Part shown: positions 47,616-57,896 of the stretch, in pieces
Position numbering within the stretch: position 1 is the stretch's first letter
Layout: each line of letters begins with the position of its first letter
NCBI GenBank assembly: GCA_001787005.1
Contig: MFUV01000004.1
Span: 105,770 to 169,769 of the forward strand
DNA: 64,000 bases
Direction: 5' to 3'
Origin: Candidatus Nomurabacteria bacterium RIFCSPLOWO2_01_FULL_39_18
GTDB taxonomy: Bacteria > Patescibacteriota > Minisyncoccia > Phycocordibacterales > UBA9973
Notes under the pieces: generated by a model
Told to the model about the DNA's origin: nothing
The model's database searches: none
What the model saw: the letters and a program-made list of their open reading frames with translations, nothing else
Translations under genes and position numbers: made by a program

Positions 47616-48154
47616 TTAGGGAATTATATTCAGCCTAGAGCTATTTTCTTTGGACTTTATCAAATTATTTAATCCCTCCGATATATAATGGGTTAAAAGC
47701 CTCTTTCTTGATAATTCTTCCCACTTTTTCTTCCCTGTTTCTCTTGCTGGCTGATCTGCCATTTTCAAGAAACCATCAAATTCATCTAATTCTTTTTTGG
47801 CTTTTTCCATCTCTATCTGCGCTTCTTCTGCTTCGGTCTTCAAATCCTCAAGACCCATATCACTAGTCTCTTTTTTAAGATAATCTTCCACTTCAACTCT
47901 AAATTCTTCAGACTCAGCGTCTAGCCCCGCTTGTCCTGCCCCAATCCTCGCCCCTAGTCTAGCACGATACCGAATATCTGAAAGTGCCCCAGTCATTAAT
48001 ACTTCTAAGAATTTTTTAAAACCTTTTGGCTCGGCACCTAATTTTCTTTTTCAGCTTCTCTTGTCCTGAATCTATCTGAAGCACGGGCCATATCTTCGGC
48101 CAACTCTTTGTCTTTTACCGGCTCTTCATCTGGTCTAAATGGTCGCATTTTCAT
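47616..48154 (-). pseudogene. Hypothetical coiled-coil gene split by a -1 frameshift near 48041-48050
   Basis: ORF 48154-48038 (MKMRPFRPDEEPVKDKELAEDMA..) continues in adjacent frame into 47996-47616 ORF. Confidence 0.6.
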
Positions 48155-48234
48155 AAATTTAAAAATATTAAAACCTGATAATATTGTTAATATTATCACG
48201 ACATTAAATATTGACAATGTTAGTTGTGAACTTT

Positions 48235-50406
48235 TTACTTCCTCGCCGCAATGATAGTTTCAGCCACATTATTAGGTACTATATCGTACCTGAAGAATTC
48301 CATGGTGAAAGAGGCGCGGCCTTCGGTCATTGAGCGTAGTCCGGTCATGTACCCGAACATTTCTGAAAGAGGCACAATGGCGCGAATAACTTTATTCATT
48401 CCTCTGTCTTCCATGCCTTCGATGAGTGCGCGCTTACTCGAGAGGTTGCCGGTGACGTCTCCCATGAATTTGTCTGGAGTAACAACCTCCACCTTCATCA
48501 TTGGCTCTAGAATTACTGGGCTTGCTCTACGGCATGCATCTTGTATCGCCATTGAAGCGGCTATTTTGAACGCCATTTCGTTTGAGTCAACTTCGTGATA
48601 ACTTCCATCCCAGAGATCCACTGAAACATTGACCATCTTAAATCCAGCCAGAACTCCACGGTCGAGCCCCTCTTTAAATCCTTTCTCACAAGGCGCGATA
48701 TATTCCTGCGGAATTACTCCCCCTTTGATGCTATTTATAAATTCAAAACCAGGAGACCTCTTGGTGTTCTTTGGCAAATCTTCAAGTTCTTCTTTAGTCA
48801 GAACTTCCATCGGCTTAACTTTGATCTTCACATGTCCGTAGTTTCCGCGTCCGCCTGACTGTTTGATATATTTGCCTTCAGCTTCAGAGGTGCCACTGAT
48901 CGTCTCACGATAAGCTACTTGCGGCTTGCCGACGTTCGCCTCCACAGTAAATTCGCGCTTCATTCGATCCACAATGATTTCCAAATGTAGCTCCCCCATG
49001 CCGGCAATGATGGTCTCGCCCGTCTCTTGATCTGTAGAAACTTTAAAAGTTGGATCTTCTTGCGCTAGACGATTGAGCGCCATACCCATTTTTTCTTGGT
49101 CTGCTTTTGTCTTCGGCTCAATACGGAGCGAGATGACTGGTTCTGGGAAAACAATTCTGTCTAGAATGATAGCGTTGTCCTCATCACAGAGAGTGTCTGA
49201 AGTAATGGTATCTTTCAGCCCCACCGCGGCGGCAATTTCTCCAGCGAAAACTTTTTTCACTTCTTCACGGTCGTTAGCATGCATTCTTAAAATTCGCCCA
49301 ATTCTCTCTTTGTTACGCGTACGAGGATTGTAGACATAGCTTCCAGCAGAAAGAGTCCCTGAATATACACGGAAGAAAATGAGCTGACCGACGAATGGAT
49401 CGGTGGCAACTTTGAAGGCAAGAGCGGCAAAAGGCTCGGCGTCTGATGCGTTTCTAACGATTGGCTTTTCGTCATTCGGATCAATGCCTGGAATGGGGGG
49501 GATGTCTGTGGGAGCTGGCAAATAATCCACCACGGCATCGAGCACTAGCTGGACACCTTTATTCTTGAGCGCGCTTCCGGCGAAGACTGGGAAAATTTCA
49601 TTCGAAATTACAGCTTTGCGCAAAGTCTTTTTTAATACATCGATGTCGGGAATCATCCCCTCTAAATACTCCGTCATCATCACTTCATCCGTCTCCACTA
49701 TTTTTTCAACAAGTTCACTGTGATACTTCACTGCATCGGCTTTTAGATTCTCGGGGATTTCTTTCTCCACTACTTTATTGCCCATGTCTCCCTCAAAGTA
49801 GAAAGCCTTCATGGTCAGCAAGTCGACAACTCCTTCGAACTTCTCTTCGAGGCCAATAGGAATCTGCACGCGGACAGCCTTCTTGCTAAGCCGGTCTAGA
49901 ATCGTAGCATAAGAATGTTCAAAAGAAGCGCCGGTTCTGTCTAGTTTGTTCACGAAGCAAATGCGAGGCACCTTAGCTTCATCAGCATAACGCCAATTTG
50001 TTTCAGATTGAGGCTCTACTCCGGCCACTCCGTCGAAAACAACTACCGCGCCATCGAGCACACGGAGAGATCTCTTCACTTCTACAGTGAAATCAATGTG
50101 CCCAGGAGTATCGATGATGTTGAAACGATGCTTCAATGGATGTTGAGCACCCGCCTTCGCCAAGGTTTCGGCGGGCACGTATGTTGGTGTCCAGAAACAC
50201 GTGACCGCTGCCGAGGTGATAGTGATGCCACGTTCGCGTTCTTGCTCCATCCAGTCCGTCACCGTTTCTCCTTCATGCACTTCACCTATTTTGTGTGACA
50301 CCCCAGTATAAAAAAGCACGCGTTCAGTCGTGGTTGTCTTGCCCGCGTCAATGTGCGCGATAATTCCAAAATTTCTAACTTTTTCTAGAGGATAATCTCG
50401 TTCCAT
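48235..50406 (-). CDS. fusA: Elongation factor G
   Basis: [21 protein letters not shown]. Confidence 0.98.
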   Translation of the reverse strand: MERDYPLEKVRNFGIIAHIDAGKTTTTERVLFYTGVSHKIGEVHEGETVTDWMEQERERGITITSAAVTCFWTPTYVPAETLAKAGAQHPLKHRFNIIDTPGHIDFTVEVKRSLRVLDGAVVVFDGVAGVEPQSETNWRYADEAKVPRICFVNKLDRTGASFEHSYATILDRLSKKAVRVQIPIGLEEKFEGVVDLLTMKAFYFEGDMGNKVVEKEIPENLKADAVKYHSELVEKIVETDEVMMTEYLEGMIPDIDVLKKTLRKAVISNEIFPVFAGSALKNKGVQLVLDAVVDYLPAPTDIPPIPGIDPNDEKPIVRNASDAEPFAALAFKVATDPFVGQLIFFRVYSGTLSAGSYVYNPRTRNKERIGRILRMHANDREEVKKVFAGEIAAAVGLKDTITSDTLCDEDNAIILDRIVFPEPVISLRIEPKTKADQEKMGMALNRLAQEDPTFKVSTDQETGETIIAGMGELHLEIIVDRMKREFTVEANVGKPQVAYRETISGTSEAEGKYIKQSGGRGNYGHVKIKVKPMEVLTKEELEDLPKNTKRSPGFEFINSIKGGVIPQEYIAPCEKGFKEGLDRGVLAGFKMVNVSVDLWDGSYHEVDSNEMAFKIAASMAIQDACRRASPVILEPMMKVEVVTPDKFMGDVTGNLSSKRALIEGMEDRGMNKVIRAIVPLSEMFGYMTGLRSMTEGRASFTMEFFRYDIVPNNVAETIIAARK

Positions 50407-50415
50407 ATAATTCTC

Positions 50416-50886
50416 TTACCAAGCAAGATGGGCGAAGGCTTTGTTAGCTTCTGCCATTTTATGCGTATCTTCTTTCTTTTTAATAGCTGAACCTTCGTTC
50501 TTGGAAGCAGCAATGAGCTCATCTGCGAGTTTGAGATACATTGGTTTGCCTTTAGTATTACGAGCGGCGTCGCGAATCCATCGCATAGCTAGAGCCATTT
50601 TCCTTTCCGCCCGCACTTCGATGGGCACCTGATAATTCGCGCCTCCGATACGCTTAGAACGCACCTCCGTTGAAGGACCGGCATTTCTCATTGCTAAATC
50701 GAAAATCTCAAGCGGATTTGGATTACTTGTTTTTTCTTTTATCACGTCAAAAGCGGCATACATAACTTTCCTGGCAGTTTCTTTCTTGCCAGACCACATG
50801 ATGTAATTAATAAACTTCTCTAACTTTTGAGAGTTATATACGAAGTCTGGTCCCACCATATTTCGATTTTTTACTTTTCTGCGCAT
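50416..50886 (-). CDS. rpsG: 30S ribosomal protein uS7
   Basis: GGANYQVP, HKMAEANKAFAH. Confidence 0.97.
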   Translation of the reverse strand: MRRKVKNRNMVGPDFVYNSQKLEKFINYIMWSGKKETARKVMYAAFDVIKEKTSNPNPLEIFDLAMRNAGPSTEVRSKRIGGANYQVPIEVRAERKMALAMRWIRDAARNTKGKPMYLKLADELIAASKNEGSAIKKKEDTHKMAEANKAFAHLAW

Positions 50887-50895
50887 AATTATTTT

Positions 50896-51312
50896 TTACT
50901 TACTTTTTGGTTTCTTGTTGCCATAGAGAGATCTACCTTGCCGTCTCTTCTCAACTCCTTGTGTGTCGAGCACCCCACGCACGATGTGATATCTCACCCC
51001 GATTAAATCCTTCACGCGCCCTCCGCGGAGCATTACCACAGAGTGTTCTTGCAAATTGTGACCTTCGCCGGGGATATAAGCTGTGACTTCCATGCCATTG
51101 GTCAGACGTACTCTGGCGATCTTTCTTAAAGCTGAGTTTGGTTTCTTGGGAGTGGTTGTTGAAACTTTTATACAAACACCCCTCTTGAACGGAGCTGGTG
51201 AAAAAACTGGCCTATTTTTCAAGACATTAAATCCCTTCGCCAGAGCAACTGTTTTGTGCTTGGAGTGGACTTTGACTCTATTTTTCTTAATTAATTGGTT
51301 TATCGTTGGCAT
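50896..51312 (-). CDS. rpsL: 30S ribosomal protein uS12
   Basis: [17 protein letters not shown]. Confidence 0.97.
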   Translation of the reverse strand: MPTINQLIKKNRVKVHSKHKTVALAKGFNVLKNRPVFSPAPFKRGVCIKVSTTTPKKPNSALRKIARVRLTNGMEVTAYIPGEGHNLQEHSVVMLRGGRVKDLIGVRYHIVRGVLDTQGVEKRRQGRSLYGNKKPKSK

Positions 51313-51384
51313 TTTAATGTCTTATATAAAATAAAAGAGTCCGAAGACTCCAAAAGACACTAGAATAATTTACTATAAATAGGC

Positions 51385-52005
51385 CTAAAATGCAATACCA
51401 GTAAACAAACGGAAGAGAAGGGAAAGTATCGGGTACAAATAGCTTGGGAAAAAGACAATGAAAATGAGCAGTAGAACTAGTGAGTACTGTTCGAGGAGTT
51501 TGACGACAGGATCAAAAGAATAGGGCAAAAAAGAAAAAAGTATTTTAGAACCATCAAGCGGTGGAATGGGAACAAGATTAAATATACCTAAAGCTAGATT
51601 TACGATGACAATGGTGGAAGTTATGAAATAAAAATCTGGAGAAACAGACGCGTGAGATGCTAAACGAATGACAATACCAAAAATAAAAGCAATCAAAAAG
51701 TTCGCCAACACACCCGCCACCGCTACGGCCATAGTTCCCCACCTCTTGTTGCTTAAATTATCTGGATTATAAGGCACAGGCTTCGCCCATCCAAATAAAA
51801 ATGGGGAGTGCGCTACTACTAAAATGATTGGTAAAATTATTGAGCCGAAAATATCCAAATGTTTGAGTGGGTTGAGGGTCAGACGTCCGGCAAAACGTGC
51901 TGTTTTATCTCCGAAATACTCCGCCGCGAAACCGTGAGAAACTTCATGAATGACAATGGACATCACGAGTATAGCTATATAGAAAATGGTATTTGTTGCG
52001 CCCAT
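51385..52005 (-). CDS. Site-2 protease (M50) family
   Basis: HEVSH, FNLVPIPPLDG. Confidence 0.92.
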   Translation of the reverse strand: MGATNTIFYIAILVMSIVIHEVSHGFAAEYFGDKTARFAGRLTLNPLKHLDIFGSIILPIILVVAHSPFLFGWAKPVPYNPDNLSNKRWGTMAVAVAGVLANFLIAFIFGIVIRLASHASVSPDFYFITSTIVIVNLALGIFNLVPIPPLDGSKILFSFLPYSFDPVVKLLEQYSLVLLLIFIVFFPSYLYPILSLLFRLFTGIAF

Positions 52006-52047
52006 ATAGATTCTATGATAACATGTGGGGACTAAGAATAAAATAAG

Positions 52048-52293
52048 ATGAAAATATGCGCAATAACAAAGAAGGGTTCAATCGTCGGCGGAGGATATTC
52101 CAACAGGACCCGCGCGACCAAATTCAATCCGACTGGCAAGAAACGAAAATACTTAAATCTTCAAAGGAAGAAAGTTTTTATTCCTGAATTAAATAAATCT
52201 ATCAACATAGAAGCATCTGTTCAAGGTTTCCGCACTATGAAGAAGCGGGGCGCTTACGCCACTCTCCTAAAAGCTGGATTAATAAAAGCTTAA
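52048..52293 (+). CDS. rpmB: 50S ribosomal protein bL28
   Basis: CAITKK..SN..KRKYLNLQ. Confidence 0.85.
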   Translation: MKICAITKKGSIVGGGYSNRTRATKFNPTGKKRKYLNLQRKKVFIPELNKSINIEASVQGFRTMKKRGAYATLLKAGLIKA

Positions 52294-53591
52294 GCTGGCA
52301 CAAAAGTAAGCGCAGTTCCCTTCTTGCCCGAACGGCCGGTTCGACCGATGCGGTGCACGTAGGTGTCGTAGGTTTGTGGTACATCGTAGTTTATAACGTG
52401 GGTTACATCTGGGATATCAAGCCCCCTCGCCGCTACATCAGTCGCAATCAAGACATTTATGCGATCTTTTTTAAATGAATCAAGAATTCGAATTCTCTCG
52501 CGACTCCTTTTGTCTCCATGAATTGCGCCTACTTTGAAGCCCATATGCCCAAGCTCTTTCGCTAAAGTATCCACACTGTGTTTCATCTCACGGAAGATTA
52601 GTGTTTTCATTGGACGACCGCCTGCCTGCGCAGACAGGTCTTTTTTCAAAACTTCGTGTAATTTCTCTAATTTTTCTTCTTTGCTTTTAACGCGAATCAC
52701 ATCTTGGTCAATATTCTTTGCTGTTTCGCCAGATACCACAGAAATAAAGACGGGATCTTTCAGATATTGTTCGGTCAACTTTTTAATTTCCGGAGACAAA
52801 GTCGCTGAGAAAAAAAGAGTTTGCCTTTCTTTTGCAGTTTTGCCGATTATATAAACCATATCGTCTCGAAAACCCATATCGAGCATCCTGTCCGCTTCAT
52901 CAAGCACAACAGAATGGCACCCTGACAAATCCAAAACTTTTTTTTCTATCAGATCGCGGAGTCTGCCCGGTGTACCAATAACAAATGAGACACCAAGCTT
53001 TATTTCTCTGATTTGTTTCACGATTGGAAGACCTCCCACGCAAGCCACAGAGAACATCCCGAAACCAAAAGCAAGGGTTTTAAAATCATTTTCTATCTGC
53101 AGAGCGAGTTCGCGGGTCGGAGCCATAATCAAAACAGTTTCTTTTTTATTTTGCCCCTTGGTCTTGAAAATTTTTTCTATCAAGGGCAAAAGAAAGGCCG
53201 CGGTTTTGCCTGTGCCAGTGTTTGCCATACCGAAAACATCTCTGCCTTCTAAAACTATCGGTATTGCTTGGTCTTGAATGGGTCGAGGATGAAGAAACCC
53301 CACCCCTGTGATATTTTTGTGAAGTTGAGAATTAAAGGGAAAATCTAGAAAAGTATGCTTTGAAACATACGGCTTCTCCTCCATGTGTTGACCCTTTTTA
53401 ATGAAACGAGAAAAATCTATCCGCTCGCCCCGCCTAATGCGGGGCGAGCCACTGGATCTGCTTTTATTTTTATTGCCCCCAAAACGAGGACGAGAATTAT
53501 TAAATTTTCCGCTACCGAAGCGGGGTTTTGCCTTTGAGGCAAATTTAGGTCGTCCGAATTTACTCGGAGTGGCCGAATGAGTCTTGTACAT
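52290..53591 (-). CDS. DEAD-box RNA helicase
   Basis: GTGKT, PTRELA, DEAD, SAT, HRIGRTGR. Confidence 0.95.
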   Translation of the reverse strand: MYKTHSATPSKFGRPKFASKAKPRFGSGKFNNSRPRFGGNKNKSRSSGSPRIRRGERIDFSRFIKKGQHMEEKPYVSKHTFLDFPFNSQLHKNITGVGFLHPRPIQDQAIPIVLEGRDVFGMANTGTGKTAAFLLPLIEKIFKTKGQNKKETVLIMAPTRELALQIENDFKTLAFGFGMFSVACVGGLPIVKQIREIKLGVSFVIGTPGRLRDLIEKKVLDLSGCHSVVLDEADRMLDMGFRDDMVYIIGKTAKERQTLFFSATLSPEIKKLTEQYLKDPVFISVVSGETAKNIDQDVIRVKSKEEKLEKLHEVLKKDLSAQAGGRPMKTLIFREMKHSVDTLAKELGHMGFKVGAIHGDKRSRERIRILDSFKKDRINVLIATDVAARGLDIPDVTHVINYDVPQTYDTYVHRIGRTGRSGKKGTALTFVPA

Positions 53592-53693
53592 AATGGGTCA
53601 TCCCCAAAATGCAAAAAGAGTGCAAGAAGTGAGAATGATGTCAGAAGAGTAGCATTTTGCTACTAATTTGTCAATTGTTCCGTAATTGTAAAT

Positions 53694-54497
53694 TTATCTA
53701 CCCTCTTGCAAGGGTTTAATTATGCTAAAAATATATTTATTTATTTCACTAGCGTTACTAAGAATAAATTTAGTATTTGTATAATCTTTTTCTTCTTCAC
53801 CGGAGAAATCAATGATTTTCGCCCCAGCCTCAAGGGCAATGAGCTTACCTGCAGCAAAATCGTGAAACTCAATATTATCAGTAATTATTGATTCAATCTT
53901 TCCCAAAGCAAGTAGACAGTAATCATGAGCCCCAGACCAGTTGTAAAGAACCCTCTTACAACCTGCACCAACTAAAGAAAACATTAGTTTGCCCAAATAA
54001 TCACGGTCAATTTTGTAGCCACAAATATAGGCAACGGTTGTCTTATTTTTATCAATAACATTATTAACTTTTATTCGCCTGCCGTTTACATATGTCCCAC
54101 CATTTTTTATGGCAGAATAAGTCTGATCTATTATTGGCTGATAAATAACACCCGCAACAGATTCATTTTTATAGAGTAAGGCGATTGAAATAGAAAAATT
54201 AGGGATACCTATTACAAAATTATTTGTGCCATCCATGGGATCTATAACTAGGGTATAGTCAGAATTTTTATTAGTTTTACCTTCTTCCTCGGAGTGAATG
54301 TTATACCGGGGAAATTCTTTCTTTAAGATTTTTAAAATACTTTTTTCAGAATTTAAATCCGCTTTCGTTTGAAAATCCGCTAAAGTTGATTTCTCGGTTA
54401 CATCCATAACCTGACCAAAATATTTTCTTAAGACCCTCCCTCCGGCATGAGCAGCTTTTATTAAAATTTGCAGATCTTTACTTGCTGTCCTTTTCAT
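53694..54497 (-). CDS. Inositol monophosphatase family protein
   Basis: SEE, IDPMDGTNNF, HDFAAG. Confidence 0.9.
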   Translation of the reverse strand: MKRTASKDLQILIKAAHAGGRVLRKYFGQVMDVTEKSTLADFQTKADLNSEKSILKILKKEFPRYNIHSEEEGKTNKNSDYTLVIDPMDGTNNFVIGIPNFSISIALLYKNESVAGVIYQPIIDQTYSAIKNGGTYVNGRRIKVNNVIDKNKTTVAYICGYKIDRDYLGKLMFSLVGAGCKRVLYNWSGAHDYCLLALGKIESIITDNIEFHDFAAGKLIALEAGAKIIDFSGEEEKDYTNTKFILSNASEINKYIFSIIKPLQEGR

Positions 54498-54498
54498 A

Positions 54499-54990
54499 TT
54501 ATTCAAATTGCCTTCCAATAATATTGTTCGGGCTCTCTTTGTTAAAAAGCATCTCGCTATTTTCCAATAAGTAAACACTTTTAATGCCGGCAGAAGTCAT
54601 TTGCTTCCAACACGGCTCACAGCACCACCAGTGACCCCATAGATATAAATCTGCCCCTTCGGGATCTTCTCCATTCTCCTTTGCATTAGCGATTGCTTTG
54701 GGCTCACTATGATTTTTGGGATGGCAGCCCTCACAGAGTTCATACCCCTGGCCCGTTGGAATTCCCCGCTTTACCCTTTCACATTCATGAGTCTCATGGT
54801 AGGTGCTACCGTTTGCCCCTCTACCAATAATTTTCCCGTCTTTCACTACAACGCTTGATGTAGGCATTGTTTTGTCTAATGAATTCAATCTTCCGAATTC
54901 TTTAGCTTCGGCCATAAATGGATTCGATAGTGGAACGTATAAAACAAAACGTCCTTCTGGTTGATATGGATATTTGATATTTTTATTCAT
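54499..54990 (-). CDS. Cytidine/dCMP deaminase family zinc protein
   Basis: HSE..A, WCCEPC; start MNKNIK. Confidence 0.85.
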   Translation of the reverse strand: MNKNIKYPYQPEGRFVLYVPLSNPFMAEAKEFGRLNSLDKTMPTSSVVVKDGKIIGRGANGSTYHETHECERVKRGIPTGQGYELCEGCHPKNHSEPKAIANAKENGEDPEGADLYLWGHWWCCEPCWKQMTSAGIKSVYLLENSEMLFNKESPNNIIGRQFE

Positions 54991-55008
54991 TCCACTATAC
55001 TCTACTAC

Positions 55009-55842
55009 ATGACATCTTTTGACACAATATATCAGGGAATTATCAAAAAAATAATGGACGAAGGTATTGAAGAGCTGAATGAACGAACGGGTCATAAGAC
55101 AAAAGCTCTGCCCGGAATCACATTTTCTCTTGATATTGAAAAAGATGGTTTCCCCATTCTCACGCTTCGCAAGCAACCGTTAAAATCTCCAATCGCCGAA
55201 CAGGTTTGGTTTGTACAGGGAGAGAAAGATACAACATTTCTGCGAAAATTTACCAAAATGTGGGACCCTTTTATGGAACCCGATGGCACACTGCCATTCT
55301 CCTACGGCTGGAGGTGGCGCAACCACTTCGGTCGCAATCAGCTCGGAAACACAATCGAGCTTCTGGAAAAAGAACCAAGTTCGCGCCATGGGGTGATCAT
55401 CACTTGGGATCCAAAAGACGATGGACATGGCGGAACACCTAAGAAAAATATCCCTTGCCCTTTTGCCTATACTATAAATATAATCGGTGGCAGACTGCAC
55501 ATGCACAACATTGTCCGCTCTAACGACATGATACTTGGCTGTCCATTTGATGTTTTTGGATTTGCTCTGCTACAATGCATGATCGCGCAGAGACTCGGCG
55601 TTCGTCCGGGAATTTACACCCACACAATATCCAATGCCCATGTTTATGACAATCACTACGAGGGAGCAAGGGAAATAATAAAAAGAACGAATGATCACAA
55701 AAAGGTAGAATTGCATCTGCCAAAAGATTCATTAAAACGAGCAGAGCAAAAAGATGAAGATTTGGTGGGAGAAATTCTGGCAGATTTACAAGCTCAATAT
55801 AACCCCCTTCCGCCAATCAGTGGACTAGAAATTGCTTTATGA
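55009..55842 (+). CDS. thyA: Thymidylate synthase
   Basis: ERTG, YGWRWR, PC, RSND; fused operon with DHFR. Confidence 0.92.
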   Translation: MTSFDTIYQGIIKKIMDEGIEELNERTGHKTKALPGITFSLDIEKDGFPILTLRKQPLKSPIAEQVWFVQGEKDTTFLRKFTKMWDPFMEPDGTLPFSYGWRWRNHFGRNQLGNTIELLEKEPSSRHGVIITWDPKDDGHGGTPKKNIPCPFAYTINIIGGRLHMHNIVRSNDMILGCPFDVFGFALLQCMIAQRLGVRPGIYTHTISNAHVYDNHYEGAREIIKRTNDHKKVELHLPKDSLKRAEQKDEDLVGEILADLQAQYNPLPPISGLEIAL

Positions 55843-56372
55843 TTTCCCTTATTGCGGCAATTGGCAGAAATAATGAACTTGGTAAAGGAAATGATTTAGT
55901 CTGGAAATTTCCTGCTGATCAAAAGTTTTTTCGAGAGACCACTTCTGGACATCCGATAATTATGGGACGAAAGACTTTCGAATCCCTCGGGCGTAGCCTT
56001 ACGGGCGAGCCTATCGGCAGGCCCCTGCCGAATCGACAAAATATAGTAATTACTAGAGACAAAAACTATCTACGGAATGGCCTGCCTGCGCAGGCAGGCG
56101 TAGATGTTGTACATTCATTGGACGAAGCATTAAAATTGGTTTCTAAGGAAGAAGAGGTTTTTATAATCGGCGGCGCGGAAATTTTCAGACAAGCCATGTC
56201 CACTGCTGACAGGCTCTACATTACCCACTTTGACGCGGAAGATAAGGGTGCGGATGTGTTTTTCCCAGAAATTGTTCCGGTAGTCTGGAATGAAATATCC
56301 CACCAAGAATTCAAACCGGACTCAGAAAATCCAATCCCTTATATTTTTTCAGTCTATGAAAAATTTACTTGA
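55839..56372 (+). CDS. folA: Dihydrofolate reductase with two palindrome-derived insertions
   Basis: MGRKTFES, PLPNR, IIGG. Confidence 0.93.
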   Translation: MISLIAAIGRNNELGKGNDLVWKFPADQKFFRETTSGHPIIMGRKTFESLGRSLTGEPIGRPLPNRQNIVITRDKNYLRNGLPAQAGVDVVHSLDEALKLVSKEEEVFIIGGAEIFRQAMSTADRLYITHFDAEDKGADVFFPEIVPVVWNEISHQEFKPDSENPIPYIFSVYEKFT

Positions 56373-56448
56373 TAAATTTTAAGGAGCGGAGGATTCCGCC
56401 CCGTAGGGGAAGGACTGTAGCGGGAGAAAATTTATCAAGTAAATTTTT
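56359..56448. repeat. Inverted-repeat element with 22-bp perfect AT-rich arms and GC core
   Basis: AAAAATTTACTTGATAAATTTT .. AAAATTTATCAAGTAAATTTTT. Confidence 0.8.
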
Positions 56449-56778
56449 CTAGGGATCTTCGGGTGTTCTGATCCTGATAAAAACATCTTCGCCCTCGGGA
56501 GATTTCTCTTTTTTATATTTTCTTTTTTTATTTATTTCAATTTTTCTAATTAATTCTTTCTCCAGATCAAAACCCATGTTCTCACACATACCGAGAATGA
56601 ATATCATCACATCTGCAAATTCCTCTGCCACGCCCGGCTGATTTTTGTTGTGTTTAGAAAAGGCTTCGGAGAGTTCTTCGTGCGCTCGGCAAAATTCCAG
56701 CGCCACATTGGTGAGGTTGAACCCCTTTTCCACTTTGTTCCGCATTACTTCTTTTTGTAATTCTTTCAAGTCAACCAT
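56449..56778 (-). CDS. MazG-like nucleotide pyrophosphohydrolase
   Basis: EELSE, EEFADV, K..INK.R. Confidence 0.85.
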   Translation of the reverse strand: MVDLKELQKEVMRNKVEKGFNLTNVALEFCRAHEELSEAFSKHNKNQPGVAEEFADVMIFILGMCENMGFDLEKELIRKIEINKKRKYKKEKSPEGEDVFIRIRTPEDP

Positions 56779-56804
56779 TCTCTATAATATAGCATTTATG
56801 CGAA

Positions 56805-56883
56805 GCTTCTTGCAATTTTTTGATCCCGAGGGGTCCCACCCGGTACTCCGGGAAGGGCGTAGGGACGAAAAATTGCAAGAAGC
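56805..56883. repeat. Inverted-repeat element with 16-bp arms and GC core
   Basis: GCTTCTTGCAATTTTT .. AAAAATTGCAAGAAGC. Confidence 0.8.
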
Positions 56884-56891
56884 GAAGCTAT

Positions 56892-57896
56892 TTAATCTTT
56901 TTTGCCGAGTGCCTTCAAAATCTTCAAATACATTGCTTCAACAATCTTTTTCTGTTTTCCCCCAGTCGTCACATAATGGTCTAACCCAGGTGCGGCGTTG
57001 ATTTCGATTACGTAATATCTAGAGTTTTTAGGGTTTTTGGCAATATCGCCTTTTGTAACCATAATATCTACACCTGCAATCCGAAGCCCCATATCTCTTG
57101 TGAGCTTTATCGCAATTTTACAAAAATCAGGGTGGATAGTATTTGTCATATCAACGGCATCTCCGCCAGTGGACAAATTGGCATTGTCTAACAAAAATAT
57201 TTTTTCACCTTTGGCAGGGATGCTGCCAAAAGTATAGCCAAGTTTTTTTAATTTAATTTTTATTCTTCTGTCTTCGAAATTTATTCTCGTGTCTCGCTCT
57301 GTTTTTTCAAAAAGTTTTTGCTTTTTCTTTAGCAAGCTAAATATAGAATTTTTACCATCCCCCGTCACAGAAAGCGGGATGCGTTCATATGCAGAAATTA
57401 TTTCTTTATCCAAAACAACAATCCGATAATCCCGGCCCGGTAAATATTTTTCGATGATAGCAACTCTGTCTATTTTGAATACCTCAAGGAGCGCATGACG
57501 CAGTTTTACGGCATCAGAAACAAGGCACACTCCAAGACCTTGGCTTTGGCTGTTGGGTTTTACGATAAGTGGATAGCCAAGTTTCTTTGCATAACTTATC
57601 CCATAGGGAATAGTACGTTTACTTTTTATTATCTTAGCCCAGCTGTCTTTGAAAATAGTTTTGCCTTCTGCCACCGGATAGCCCTTCTTTTTCATGAAAA
57701 ATTTCGCATAATCCTTGTCGCGAGCTATGTCGGAAGAAGCGATGTGATTGAGGTCGAGGGAATACATTCGCAAGGACCGCACCACACCATTTTTATATAT
57801 TATCTGAGCAGCGATCCCCCACTCTGGTTCTACTATCGCTCTCGCTCCGACTTTCGATGCAAGTTTTTTAATTAAGTTTGTTAAATAAGGGAGCAT
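56892..57896 (-). CDS. ATP-grasp ligase (cyanophycin synthetase/RimK-like domain)
   Basis: YPLIVKP, GRDYR, NLSTGG, EINAAPG. Confidence 0.85.
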   Translation of the reverse strand: MLPYLTNLIKKLASKVGARAIVEPEWGIAAQIIYKNGVVRSLRMYSLDLNHIASSDIARDKDYAKFFMKKKGYPVAEGKTIFKDSWAKIIKSKRTIPYGISYAKKLGYPLIVKPNSQSQGLGVCLVSDAVKLRHALLEVFKIDRVAIIEKYLPGRDYRIVVLDKEIISAYERIPLSVTGDGKNSIFSLLKKKQKLFEKTERDTRINFEDRRIKIKLKKLGYTFGSIPAKGEKIFLLDNANLSTGGDAVDMTNTIHPDFCKIAIKLTRDMGLRIAGVDIMVTKGDIAKNPKNSRYYVIEINAAPGLDHYVTTGGKQKKIVEAMYLKILKALGKKD

